Shown piece after piece: positions 33,742 to 42,989 of a DNA stretch of 64,000 bases (positions are counted from its first letter, which is position 1; every line of letters starts with the position of its first letter). Origin of the DNA: Candidatus Aminicenantes bacterium. GTDB lineage: Bacteria > Acidobacteriota > Aminicenantia > Aminicenantales > UBA4085. The stretch covers positions 288 through 64,287 of the forward strand of contig JAPKZI010000234.1 of NCBI GenBank assembly GCA_026393865.1. Direction: 5' to 3'. Below the pieces are notes generated by a model. That model was not told where the DNA came from. It saw nothing but the letters and a program-made list of their open reading frames with translations, and made no database searches. Made by a program: the position numbers and the translations under genes.

Positions 33742-35583
33742 ATGTTCGGACTCCGACAAAAATTGGCTTTGGGATTCGGTGTTCTTTTTCTCATCATGGT
33801 CGCCATCGGCGTGCAAAGCATCCTCAATCTTACGAAATTGGGGGAATCGATCGACGTCATCCTTCGGGAGAACTATCGCAGCGTCATCGCCTGCCAGCAG
33901 ATGAAAGAAGCCTTGGAACGGATCGACAGCGGACTCCTCTTCGTCCTCCTAGGAGACGGCCGGAGCGGTGAAGAGATGATCCTTAAAAATCAAGGGATCT
34001 TCGAAAAGGCTCTCCAGGTTGAGCTGAACACCATCACCTTGCCCGGCGAAGGCGAGAAGGCCGCGAATCTCAGGGACCTTTACGAGCGGTACAAAAATTC
34101 GCTGGCCGCCGTCAGGGATCCGGCGGCCTCGGCGCTGCAGCGCCACGACGCTTATTTTCTGATCCTCCTTCCCCTCTTCGGGCAGATCAAAGCGGTATCG
34201 GACGAGATCCTCCAGATGAATCAGCAAAACATGAGCGATGCCAACAACGAGGCTCGCGACAGCGCGGCCAGGGCTCGACAGCAGATGTACGGCCTCCTGC
34301 TGATCGGGACGATCGCCGCGGCAGCGTTAATGGCCTTCGCCGGACGATGGATCCTGCGTCCCATCCGGCGCCTGATCCGTTCCACGGACGAAATCCGGCG
34401 GGGCAATCTCGATCTGGTTGTTCCCGCCGGCGCCCGGGACGAGATCGGCCATCTGTCCGAGTCCTTCAACGCTATGACGGCGAGCCTGCGGGAATTCCGC
34501 CGGACCGATCAGGCCAAGCTCTTGCGGGTCCAGCAGGCTACTCAGCAGGCGTTCGACAGCCTTCCCGACGTTGTCGCCGTGATTGACCCGGAGGGAAAAG
34601 TGGAAGTGGCGACGGCATCGGCTAAAAACATCTTCGGCTTATGGCCCGAGGCGACGATCATGGACCTGCCGTTCCCGTGGATCACGGACCTCTTCCGCGG
34701 CGCTTTCACGGAAGGACGCCGCATAACGCCCAAGGACCAGCCCCTGATCCAGCAATTCGTGCAGGGCGATGAGCGCTATTACCGGCCGGAAGCGGCGCCT
34801 ATCCTGAACAAGGAACGGGGAGTGACGGGCGTGATCCTGGTCTTCCAGGACGTCACCCAGCTCCGCCAGCAGGATGAGCTCAAACGGGACGTCATCCGGA
34901 CGGTCTCGCATCAACTTAAAACCCCTCTGACATCCATCCGCATGGCCATCCACCTCCTGCTCGAAGAGCGGGTCGGCGGCTTGACCGAAAAACAGGCCGA
35001 GCTCCTTGTCGCGGCCCGGGAGGACAGCGATCGCCTCTCCGGCATCCTCAACAATCTTCTCGATCTCAGCCGTATGGAATCCGGGAAAGGCCGGCTCGAA
35101 TTCCGGGCCGCTTCACCGCAGTCGATCGCCATGGACGCGCTGGAATCCGTCCGGCGAACCGCCCAGGACCAAGGCTTGAATCTCGGCGCCGAACTGAGGG
35201 GCGATCTGCCGGATGTCTGGGTCGATCCGAGCCGGATCAGCCATGTCTTCGGCAACCTGCTCTCCAACGCGCTCAAGCACACCTCTCCCGGCGGTCGGAT
35301 CACCCTCTCCGCTCGGGCGGAAGAAGAGTTAGTCCGTTTTTCGATCTCCGACACCGGAGCTGGTATTCCGGCCGAATGCCTGACGAAAGTGTTCGAGCCG
35401 TTCTTCCGCGTCCCCGGCCGCGGCAACGAGCAGGGCGCGGGACTCGGCCTGACCATCGCCAAGGAGATCGTCGAGGCTCATGGCGGAACGATCGGCGTGG
35501 AAAGCCGCGAAGGCCAGGGCGCCGTTTTCACCTTCACTCTGCGGCGGGCCGACCGCATCGGGAACGCGGAGCGTCCCTCATGA
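33742..35583 (+). CDS. Sensor histidine kinase (periplasmic four-helix-bundle-like + HAMP + PAS + HisKA/HATPase)
   Basis: 613 aa with two TM segments flanking a helical periplasmic region and a HAMP domain (WILRPIRRLIRST...LSESFNAMTASL). It has H-box VSHQLKTPLTSI and ATPase boxes LSNALKHT, DTGAGIP and GAGLGLTIAKEIV. Confidence 0.85.
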   Translation: MFGLRQKLALGFGVLFLIMVAIGVQSILNLTKLGESIDVILRENYRSVIACQQMKEALERIDSGLLFVLLGDGRSGEEMILKNQGIFEKALQVELNTITLPGEGEKAANLRDLYERYKNSLAAVRDPAASALQRHDAYFLILLPLFGQIKAVSDEILQMNQQNMSDANNEARDSAARARQQMYGLLLIGTIAAAALMAFAGRWILRPIRRLIRSTDEIRRGNLDLVVPAGARDEIGHLSESFNAMTASLREFRRTDQAKLLRVQQATQQAFDSLPDVVAVIDPEGKVEVATASAKNIFGLWPEATIMDLPFPWITDLFRGAFTEGRRITPKDQPLIQQFVQGDERYYRPEAAPILNKERGVTGVILVFQDVTQLRQQDELKRDVIRTVSHQLKTPLTSIRMAIHLLLEERVGGLTEKQAELLVAAREDSDRLSGILNNLLDLSRMESGKGRLEFRAASPQSIAMDALESVRRTAQDQGLNLGAELRGDLPDVWVDPSRISHVFGNLLSNALKHTSPGGRITLSARAEEELVRFSISDTGAGIPAECLTKVFEPFFRVPGRGNEQGAGLGLTIAKEIVEAHGGTIGVESREGQGAVFTFTLRRADRIGNAERPS

Positions 35584-35663
35584 CCGACCTCATCTATATC
35601 GCCCTGGCGGTTCTTTTTTTCGGCCTCTGCGGCCTGTACGCGCGGGCCTGCGAAAGGCTGTGA
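35580..35663 (+). CDS. 27-aa hydrophobic peptide (not in ORF track), possible KdpF-like accessory
   Basis: The sequence is MTDLIYIALAVLFFGLCGLYARACERL*. Its ATG overlaps the kinase stop (ATGA at 35580-35583) and it lies immediately upstream of kdpF. Confidence 0.35.
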   Translation: MTDLIYIALAVLFFGLCGLYARACERL

Positions 35664-35666
35664 CCC

Positions 35667-35750
35667 ATGGGAGATCTGCTCGGGATCATCGTTGCGCTTC
35701 TCTTGATCGTTTATCTGTTCGCCTCGATCCTGCGGCCGGAGAAATTCTAG
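35667..35750 (+). CDS. kdpF: K+-transporting ATPase subunit F
   Basis: The 27-aa sequence MGDLLGIIVALLLIVYLFASILRPEKF* is a single TM helix ending in the KdpF-typical LLRPE(K/R)F tail. It lies 7 nt upstream of kdpA. Confidence 0.7.
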   Translation: MGDLLGIIVALLLIVYLFASILRPEKF

Positions 35751-35757
35751 GAGGCGT

Positions 35758-37509
35758 TTGAACATGGACCTTTACGGGTGGATTCAGCTGGCCCTTTTCC
35801 TCGGCCTCCTTGGTCTTCTGGCCAAACCCGTCGGCCTTTATCTTGTCCGGGTTCTGGACGCCCAGGGAAAAACATTTTTAGACCGCGTTCTTAAGCCCGT
35901 CGAACGGAGGCTATACCGTTTTATGGGGGTTGACCCGCGGAAAGAGCAGGATTGGATACACTATACGGTCTCCTTATTGGCCTTCAGCCTGGCCGGGCTT
36001 TTGTTCACGTTTGCCGTTCTCCGGCTCCAGCACTTCCTTCCGTTGAATCCCCAAAAACTGGGTCCGGTCGGTCCGCACCTCGCCTTTAACACCGCGGTCA
36101 GTTTCACGACCAACACGAACTGGCAAAACTATGCCGGCGAGACCACCTTATCCTATTTTTCCCAGATGGTCGGTCTCGTCTTCCACAATTTCGTCTCTGC
36201 GGCCGCCGGGATCGCCGCCGCGGCGGTCCTCGTCCGCGGGATCGCCCGTCATTCGACGAGGGCCCTCGGCCATTTCTGGGTCGATCTCGTCCGGGTGAAT
36301 CTCTACCTGTTGCTGCCGGCCAGCCTGATCTTCTCGATCTTTCTAGGATCGCAGGGCGTCGTCCAGAATTTCAATCCCGCCGTCATAGCCGCGGCCGTTG
36401 AAACCGCGTCTCCTCGAGATTCAAGAACGGAGGCCGGCGCCCAGACTATCGCCCAAGGCCCTGCGGCCTCGCAAGTGGCGATCAAAATGCTGGGGACGAA
36501 CGGAGGAGGCTTTTTCAACGCCAACGCCGCCCATCCGTACGAGAACCCGACGCCCCTGTCCAACTTCATCCAGATGCTTTCCATCTTGTTGATTTCGAGC
36601 GGCTTGACTTATTATCTGGGACGGACCGTCCGGAACCAAGGCCACGGCTGGGCCGTCTGGTCGGCCATGGCCCTGCTCTTCCTTGCTTCGGTCCTGATCT
36701 GCTGGCGGGCGGAAAGCGGGGGCAATCCCCGCTGGACGGCGCTCGGCGTGGACCCGGCCGCCGGGAACATGGAGGGTAAAGAGGTCCGTTTCGGGGCTTT
36801 CGATTCCGCCCTCTTCGCCTCCGTCACCACGGCCGCCTCCTGCGGCGCGGTGAATTCCATGCATGATTCGTTCACGCCGCTCGGAGGGCTCATTCCGCTT
36901 TTCAACATCCAATTGGGGGAGGTCGTGTTCGGCGGCGTGGGCGCCGGTCTTTACGGGATGTTGGTCTTCGTCGTGCTGGCCGTATTCCTGACAGGGCTGA
37001 TGGTCGGCCGATCGCCCGAATATCTAGGCAAGAAAATCGAAGCGTATGACGTCAAGATCAGCGTCCTCGCCGTCGTCATCCTCTTTTTCAGCATTCTCGG
37101 CTTTTCGGCCTGGGCGGCCGTCACCCAATGGGGAACGTCCGCCCTGCACAACGCCGGGCCGCACGGCCTGAGCGAGATCCTCTACGCGTATTCGTCCGGA
37201 ACTGGCAACAACGGGAGCGCTTTCGCCGGGCTGAACGGAGACAGCCCGTCCTACAACGTCACGTTGGCTTTGGCCATGCTTGCCGGTCGCTTCCTGATGC
37301 TGGTCCCCGTGATGGCCTTGGCCGGGAGCTTGGCGACCAAGAAAAGAATACCCCCCTCCGGGGCGAGCTTTCCCGTCGCCGGATGGATGTTCACCATTAT
37401 CCTTGTCGCCACGGTTCTGATCGTCGGAGCGCTGACATTCCTTCCGGCCCTCGGCCTCGGCCCGATCGTCGAGCACTTCGTCATGACGGGGTCGTCGCTT
37501 CTCTATTAG
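35758..37509 (+). CDS. kdpA: K+-transporting ATPase subunit A
   Basis: 583 aa, polytopic. KdpA selectivity-filter-like segments are present ([39 protein letters not shown]). The track start is TTG at 35758, with an in-frame ATG at 35764. Confidence 0.9.
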   Translation: MNMDLYGWIQLALFLGLLGLLAKPVGLYLVRVLDAQGKTFLDRVLKPVERRLYRFMGVDPRKEQDWIHYTVSLLAFSLAGLLFTFAVLRLQHFLPLNPQKLGPVGPHLAFNTAVSFTTNTNWQNYAGETTLSYFSQMVGLVFHNFVSAAAGIAAAAVLVRGIARHSTRALGHFWVDLVRVNLYLLLPASLIFSIFLGSQGVVQNFNPAVIAAAVETASPRDSRTEAGAQTIAQGPAASQVAIKMLGTNGGGFFNANAAHPYENPTPLSNFIQMLSILLISSGLTYYLGRTVRNQGHGWAVWSAMALLFLASVLICWRAESGGNPRWTALGVDPAAGNMEGKEVRFGAFDSALFASVTTAASCGAVNSMHDSFTPLGGLIPLFNIQLGEVVFGGVGAGLYGMLVFVVLAVFLTGLMVGRSPEYLGKKIEAYDVKISVLAVVILFFSILGFSAWAAVTQWGTSALHNAGPHGLSEILYAYSSGTGNNGSAFAGLNGDSPSYNVTLALAMLAGRFLMLVPVMALAGSLATKKRIPPSGASFPVAGWMFTIILVATVLIVGALTFLPALGLGPIVEHFVMTGSSLLY

Positions 37510-37519
37510 CGGGGAAAAC

Positions 37520-39541
37520 ATGGCCGCCATCCACCATTCCCTCTTTGACCGGCGCATTGTCGGCCGGGCGATGCTTGATTCCTTCAAGAAACTGAACCCG
37601 CTGTCGCTCCGGAAAAATCCGGTCATGTTCGTAACCGCGGTCGGCGCCGTCATGACGACGCTCGGCCTCGTCGTCCGCTCCGGGAAGGAATCCGCCGGCT
37701 TCGTCTTTCAGATCAGCCTCTGGCTGTGGTTCACGGTGCTCTTCGCGAATTTCGCCGAAGCCATGGCCGAAGGGCGCGGCAAGGCCCAGGCGCGGGAGCT
37801 GCGCAAGACCCGCACTTCGACCATCGCCAACCGCCTTCGGGAGGACGGAACGATCGAGGCGGTCCCGGCGGAACGCCTGCGGAAGGCCGACCTCGTTCTC
37901 GTCGTCGCCGGCGAGATCATCCCGGCGGACGGTGAGATTATCGAGGGCGCTGCTTCTGTGGATGAATCCGCCATCACGGGCGAGTCCGCCCCCGTCATCC
38001 GGGAAGCGGGCGGAGACCGGAGCGCGGTCACCGGCGGGACGCGGGTCCTTTCCGACCGGATTAAAGTCCGCGTCACGGCCGACCCGGGAGAGAGCTTTTT
38101 GGACCGGATGATCAATCTCGTCGAAGGCGCCGAGCGCCGCAAAACGCCGAACGAGATCGCCCTGACGATCCTCCTCTCGGCGCTGACGATCATTTTCCTG
38201 GCAGTCATACTCACCTTGGGACCGCTCGGCCGTTATTCCGGCGTGTCGTTCACGATCACGAGTCTCGTCGCGCTCCTCGTCTGCCTCATCCCGACCACGA
38301 TCGGCGGCCTCCTCAATGCCATCGGCATCGCCGGCATCGATCGCATGGTCCAGAAAAACGTCCTAGCCATGAGCGGCCGGGCGGTCGAAGCGGCAGGGGA
38401 TGTGGATGTCCTTCTTCTCGATAAGACCGGGACCATCACCCTGGGCAACCGCCAGGCCGCCGCCTTTCTCCCGGCGGCCGGCGTGACCATCGACGAATTG
38501 GCCAACGCCGCCCAGCTCGCCTCGCTGGCCGATGAAACGCCCGAGGGACGGAGCATCGTTGTCCTGGCGAAGACATACGGCTTCCGCGGCCGGGCCCTGT
38601 CCGAGCTGCCCGAAGCGAAATTCATCCCTTTTTCGGCCCAAACGCGGATGAGCGGCGTGGATATCGACGGCCGGCGGATCAGGAAGGGCGCTCCCGATGC
38701 CGTCCGGGCGTTCATCGGGCAGAACGTTCCCGCCGAAGTCCTGGATTCGATCAGCGTCATCTCGTTTTCCGGCGGGACCCCGCTTCTCGTGGCCGAGGGA
38801 AGCCGGGTCCTTGGCGCCGTTCATTTGAAGGACATCGTCAAGGGAGGGCTCAGAGACCGCTTCGAGAGGTTCCGGGCCATGGGTATCAAGACGGTGATGA
38901 TCACCGGCGACAACCCGCTCACTGCGGCGGCCATCGCCCGGGAAGCGGGCATGGATGATTTCGTCGCCGAGGCCAAGCCGGAGGACAAATTGAGATTGAT
39001 CCGGAGCGAACAGGCGGCCGGGCACCTCGTGGCGATGACCGGGGACGGGACCAATGATGCCCCCGCTTTGGCCCAGGCCGACGTGGGCGTGGCTATGAAC
39101 ACAGGGACGCAGGCCGCCAAGGAGGCCGGGAACATGGTCGACCTCGATTCGAACCCGACCAAGCTGATCGAGGTCGTCGAGATCGGCAAGCAGATGCTCA
39201 TAACCCGGGGGGCCTTGACGACATTCAGCATCGCCAATGATGTGGCCAAATACTTCGCCATCATCCCGGCCATGCTGGTCGGCGCCTTCCCGGTCATCGC
39301 CCCTCTGAACATCATGGGCCTCCGGTCGCCGGCGAGCGCTATCCTGAGCGCCGTCATTTTCAACGCCCTTATCATTATCGCCCTGATCCCACTGGCCCTG
39401 CGCGGGGTGCGCTTCCGTCCCCTGGGCGCGACGGCGCTGCTCAAACGGAATCTCCTGATTTACGGCCTCGGCGGTCTCCTTGCTCCATTTGCCGGGATCA
39501 AACTGGTGGACATGGTAGTGAATGCGCTCCATCTTATATAA
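37520..39541 (+). CDS. kdpB: K+-transporting P-type ATPase subunit B
   Basis: 673 aa with the phosphorylation motif DKTGTIT, the hinge [17 protein letters not shown], and TGES in the actuator domain. Confidence 0.95.
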   Translation: MAAIHHSLFDRRIVGRAMLDSFKKLNPLSLRKNPVMFVTAVGAVMTTLGLVVRSGKESAGFVFQISLWLWFTVLFANFAEAMAEGRGKAQARELRKTRTSTIANRLREDGTIEAVPAERLRKADLVLVVAGEIIPADGEIIEGAASVDESAITGESAPVIREAGGDRSAVTGGTRVLSDRIKVRVTADPGESFLDRMINLVEGAERRKTPNEIALTILLSALTIIFLAVILTLGPLGRYSGVSFTITSLVALLVCLIPTTIGGLLNAIGIAGIDRMVQKNVLAMSGRAVEAAGDVDVLLLDKTGTITLGNRQAAAFLPAAGVTIDELANAAQLASLADETPEGRSIVVLAKTYGFRGRALSELPEAKFIPFSAQTRMSGVDIDGRRIRKGAPDAVRAFIGQNVPAEVLDSISVISFSGGTPLLVAEGSRVLGAVHLKDIVKGGLRDRFERFRAMGIKTVMITGDNPLTAAAIAREAGMDDFVAEAKPEDKLRLIRSEQAAGHLVAMTGDGTNDAPALAQADVGVAMNTGTQAAKEAGNMVDLDSNPTKLIEVVEIGKQMLITRGALTTFSIANDVAKYFAIIPAMLVGAFPVIAPLNIMGLRSPASAILSAVIFNALIIIALIPLALRGVRFRPLGATALLKRNLLIYGLGGLLAPFAGIKLVDMVVNALHLI

Positions 39542-39562
39542 AATGGAAAGAGGCCCTGGATA

Positions 39563-40156
39563 ATGAAGGACTGGATATCGGAGATACGGACCTCGGCGGC
39601 GGCGGTCATTTCCTTGGCCGTCCTGTTGGGCGGCTTCTATCCTCTTGCCGTCTGGGTCTTGAACCAGGGATTGTTCCCGGCCAAGGCCAATGGTTCGCTG
39701 GTCCTTCGGCAGGGACAGGTCGTGGGATCGAGCCTCATCGGCCGGGATTTCTCGGGTCCAGCCTATTTTCATCCGCGGCCTTCGGCCGCCGGCCGGGGTT
39801 ATGACGCCCTTCGTTCCGGTGGCAGCAATCTCGGTCCCACGTCGCGGGAATTGATCGAGGCGGTCCGCCGGCGCGTCGCGGCATACCGGGCCGAAAACAA
39901 TCTTGCCGCGGACGTCCTCGTGCCCGCCGACGCGGTCACCGCTTCGGCAAGCGGACTCGACCCCCACATTTCCTTGGCGAATGCGTTCTTGCAGGCTCCT
40001 CGAGTGGTTGCAGCGCGGGGCCTGTCCGAAGAAGCTGTGCGCAAGCGGATCGAAGCCTGCGCCGAAGGCCGGGACCTGGGCTTCCTGGGACAGCCTCGGG
40101 TGAATGTCCTGAAATTAAACCTAGCCCTGGACGGAGTTCATGATGGCGGACGATAG
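39563..40156 (+). CDS. kdpC: K+-transporting ATPase subunit C
   Basis: 197 aa with an N-terminal TM anchor. The KdpC pattern is present (GSSLIGRDF..PAYFHPRPSA...SGGSNLGPTS...VPADAVTASASGLDPHIS). Confidence 0.9.
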   Translation: MKDWISEIRTSAAAVISLAVLLGGFYPLAVWVLNQGLFPAKANGSLVLRQGQVVGSSLIGRDFSGPAYFHPRPSAAGRGYDALRSGGSNLGPTSRELIEAVRRRVAAYRAENNLAADVLVPADAVTASASGLDPHISLANAFLQAPRVVAARGLSEEAVRKRIEACAEGRDLGFLGQPRVNVLKLNLALDGVHDGGR

Positions 40157-41843
40157 GGCCGGCGCCTTTCTCCAGATGATTCGCCGCTCGCAGCGCGGGC
40201 GGCTGAAAGTCTATCTCGGGTACTGCGCCGGCGTGGGCAAGACCTATCAAATGCTTCAAGAAGGCCATCGGCTGAAGAACGAAGGCATCGATGTCGTCAT
40301 CGGGCTGCTCGAGACGCACGGCCGGTCCGCTATCGCCGGTTTGGCTGAAGGCCTGGAGGTCGTTCCTCGCCGCCGGCAGGAATATCACGGCATAGCCGTG
40401 GACGAAATGGACATAGAGGCTGTGTTGGCCCGCAAACCGCAGGTGGCTCTTATCGACGAGCTCGCCCATCCCAACGTTCCGGGCAGCCGGAACGCGAAAC
40501 GATACGAGGATGTTCAAGATATTCTGGCAACGGGAATCCATGTCATCACCACGCTGAACGTCCAGCATCTGGAGAGCCTCTACAACGTCGTGGAACAGGC
40601 TGTGGGCGTCAAAGTCCGCGAGCGCCTGCCGGATTCGGTCCTGGCCGAGGCGGACCAGATCGTCGATGTCGATCTGGCGACCGAGGACCTCCGGAAACGG
40701 TTGGAGGAGGGCAAGATCTACTCGGCCGACCGCATCGGGACCGCCCTGGCTCATTTCTTCGTCCCCTCCAATCTGGAAAAGCTCAGGGAGCTCACCCTCC
40801 GCGAACTCGCCTCGCAGATCGATCTCCGGCGGCGCGAGACGCAGGACGATGGGCAGAGCACGGCGGACCAGATCATGGTCTGCTTGAGCGCGCACGGTCC
40901 CAACAGCGAGAAACTGCTGCGCTACGGATCGCGCTTGGCCGGGAAGCTCAACCGGAATTGGTATGCCGTTTATGTCCAGACACCGTCGGAAGAAGCCACG
41001 GTCATCGACGCTCAAACCCAACGCTTCCTCTCGGACGCGCTAACCCTGGCCAAGCAGCTGGGCGCCGTCGTGTTCACGTACAAGGGCGAGGATATCGCCG
41101 ATACCGTCCTTCGCTTCGCCCAGGAATATCGCGTGGGTCATATCGTCGCCGGGAGGTCCCGGCCGAAGCCGTTCTGGAAAAGGTTCGGCCGGAACAAGGC
41201 CGTCGTCGAGACGCTCCTCAAGAACGCCGAAGGAATGACGGTGATCGTTCTCGATACGTGCGGGGATATGCCTCCGCCCTCCACCCGGACGGCCATGGAG
41301 ATGCCGGATAACGAGGGTCCGGCGGAGCCGGATAGAACCCGCGGGAGCCCGTTCGCAGAGGTTCTTCGCCTGAGCGCCTGCCTATCCGCGCGCCGCATCG
41401 TGATCTGGGATGGACCGATCCGCAAAGAGGACGTCCTGAGAACACTGGCGGCGGCCGCCGTGGACGAGAACCGGATCGAGGACGCGGAGGGCTTGTTCGG
41501 CGATATCATGAAAAGAGAGGCCCAGGGGTCGACCTTTTTCAACGAGGGAGCGGCGTTCCCGCACGTCCGCGTCGCGGGCTTGTCCGCGCCGGTCGTCGCC
41601 GTGGGATTGACGAAACGGGGCGTATCCGACGTCTCGACGGAAAAGCCGATCGAGATCGTCTTTCTCATTCTCTCGCCGGCCGATACTCCAGATATGCAGG
41701 TCAAACTTTTAGGCTGGGCCAGCCGGGCCGCCCAAAACCGACAACTCTTCCAGACGCTTAAAGCCGGCCGATCTCCCCAGGATGTTTTAACGGCCATCCT
41801 CCGCTGGGAAAATCCGACGGTCTTTGTGCGTCCGAAGGATTGA
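40140..41843 (+). CDS. Kinase-less KdpD N-terminal sensor + Usp domain fused to a PTS EIIA(Ntr)-type domain
   Basis: 567 aa with the KdpD N-domain (GRLKVYLGYCAGVGKTYQML...VITTLNVQHLESL) and a Usp-like domain (IMVCLSAHGPNSEKLLRYGSRLA). The C-terminal PtsN-like EIIA domain has GAAFPHVRV (phospho-His context) and IEIVFLILSP. There is no TM, HisKA or HATPase region. Confidence 0.85.
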   Translation: MMADDRAGAFLQMIRRSQRGRLKVYLGYCAGVGKTYQMLQEGHRLKNEGIDVVIGLLETHGRSAIAGLAEGLEVVPRRRQEYHGIAVDEMDIEAVLARKPQVALIDELAHPNVPGSRNAKRYEDVQDILATGIHVITTLNVQHLESLYNVVEQAVGVKVRERLPDSVLAEADQIVDVDLATEDLRKRLEEGKIYSADRIGTALAHFFVPSNLEKLRELTLRELASQIDLRRRETQDDGQSTADQIMVCLSAHGPNSEKLLRYGSRLAGKLNRNWYAVYVQTPSEEATVIDAQTQRFLSDALTLAKQLGAVVFTYKGEDIADTVLRFAQEYRVGHIVAGRSRPKPFWKRFGRNKAVVETLLKNAEGMTVIVLDTCGDMPPPSTRTAMEMPDNEGPAEPDRTRGSPFAEVLRLSACLSARRIVIWDGPIRKEDVLRTLAAAAVDENRIEDAEGLFGDIMKREAQGSTFFNEGAAFPHVRVAGLSAPVVAVGLTKRGVSDVSTEKPIEIVFLILSPADTPDMQVKLLGWASRAAQNRQLFQTLKAGRSPQDVLTAILRWENPTVFVRPKD

Positions 41844-41876
41844 ACGGGAGTCGCGGACCAGACTTCAAACGGATGA

Positions 41877-42941
41877 TCAGCGGCGATCCAGGACCAGGGT
41901 CTGGCCGAACTTCATGACCAGGAACTCCTCCGGCCGCAAGCCCGCCTCCTTTACCGCCCGGCGCAGATAGAGCGGCGGCTCGCCGAGAGGTTCCTCGGTC
42001 TGCTTGAATGTTCCCCAATGCATACCGATGGAAAGGGCTGAGCCGAGATCCCGGTGGGCGAGCACCGCCTCCACCGGATCCATGTGCATGGGGCGCATGA
42101 ACCACCGCGGGCGATAGGCGCCCAGAGGGAGGAGAGCCAATCGGATTGGGCCGAATCGGCTCCCGATCTCCTTGAAATGGGGGGCGTACCCCGAGTCCCC
42201 GGCGAAGCAGATATTTCCCTGTTTTGTTTCGATCACCCACCCTGCCCACAGCTCATGGTCGAACGAGAACGGCCCGCGGCCGGAGAAATGCTGGGCGGCG
42301 ACGGCGTGAAAGAGGACATCGTCTATGAAAGAGGTCTGTCCCCAATCCAGCTGGGAGACCCGGCTGATCCTCAGCGCCGCGAACCAGCCTTGGAGCCCGA
42401 GCGGGACGAAATAGCGGGGTTTGTTCCCCAAATTCTTTATCGTCGACTTGTCCAGGTGGTCGTAGTGGTTATGGCTGATGAGAACCGCGTCGATACGCGG
42501 CAGATCGTGGAAGGGGATGCCCGGCGGCGCTTTCCGCTTGGGCCCGGCGAAAGACACGGGCGAGATCCGGTCGCTGAAGACGGGATCGGTCAGGATGTTG
42601 AGCCCGCCGACTTGGATCAAAAAGCACGAGTGGCCGATCCAGGTGAGTTGGATCTTCGCCGGATCCGGATGGCGGATAAGGTTCAGATCGGGAGGGACGA
42701 TCTCCGGCGCATAGGGCGGAACCTGGTCCGGAGGGATGGGCGGGATCTCCTTGGGCCCAAAACCCAACAGCCAGCGGAGAACGCTGCCGAAGCCGCGGCG
42801 CTCGGGCACCTCGTAGAGATTCTTGAATCCGTTCTTCGTGTGATGGAGCGGCCGGTCCGATAGAGAGACGGGCGTCTGGGACACGAAGCAGGCCAGGACC
42901 GAGAAGGAGAGGACGACGGTCAGGATCGTCATTGTTCTCAT
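41877..42941 (-). CDS. Exported MBL-fold metallo-hydrolase (NAPE-PLD-like)
   Basis: 354 aa with a signal peptide and the metallo-beta-lactamase motif LISHNHYDHLD. WIGHSCFLIQ is present in the N-terminal part. Confidence 0.8.
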   Translation of the reverse strand: MRTMTILTVVLSFSVLACFVSQTPVSLSDRPLHHTKNGFKNLYEVPERRGFGSVLRWLLGFGPKEIPPIPPDQVPPYAPEIVPPDLNLIRHPDPAKIQLTWIGHSCFLIQVGGLNILTDPVFSDRISPVSFAGPKRKAPPGIPFHDLPRIDAVLISHNHYDHLDKSTIKNLGNKPRYFVPLGLQGWFAALRISRVSQLDWGQTSFIDDVLFHAVAAQHFSGRGPFSFDHELWAGWVIETKQGNICFAGDSGYAPHFKEIGSRFGPIRLALLPLGAYRPRWFMRPMHMDPVEAVLAHRDLGSALSIGMHWGTFKQTEEPLGEPPLYLRRAVKEAGLRPEEFLVMKFGQTLVLDRR

Positions 42942-42989
42942 CTCACCCCGGCCGATTCTCCAGGAATCGAAAATCCCTCGAGCCTCGGC

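Noticed and set aside
39146-39159. tRNA T-arm-like string (GTCGGGTTCGAATC on the minus strand).
   Set aside because: It lies inside the conserved kdpB coding sequence (..VDLDSNPTK..). No acceptor or anticodon stems flank it, so the resemblance is coincidental.
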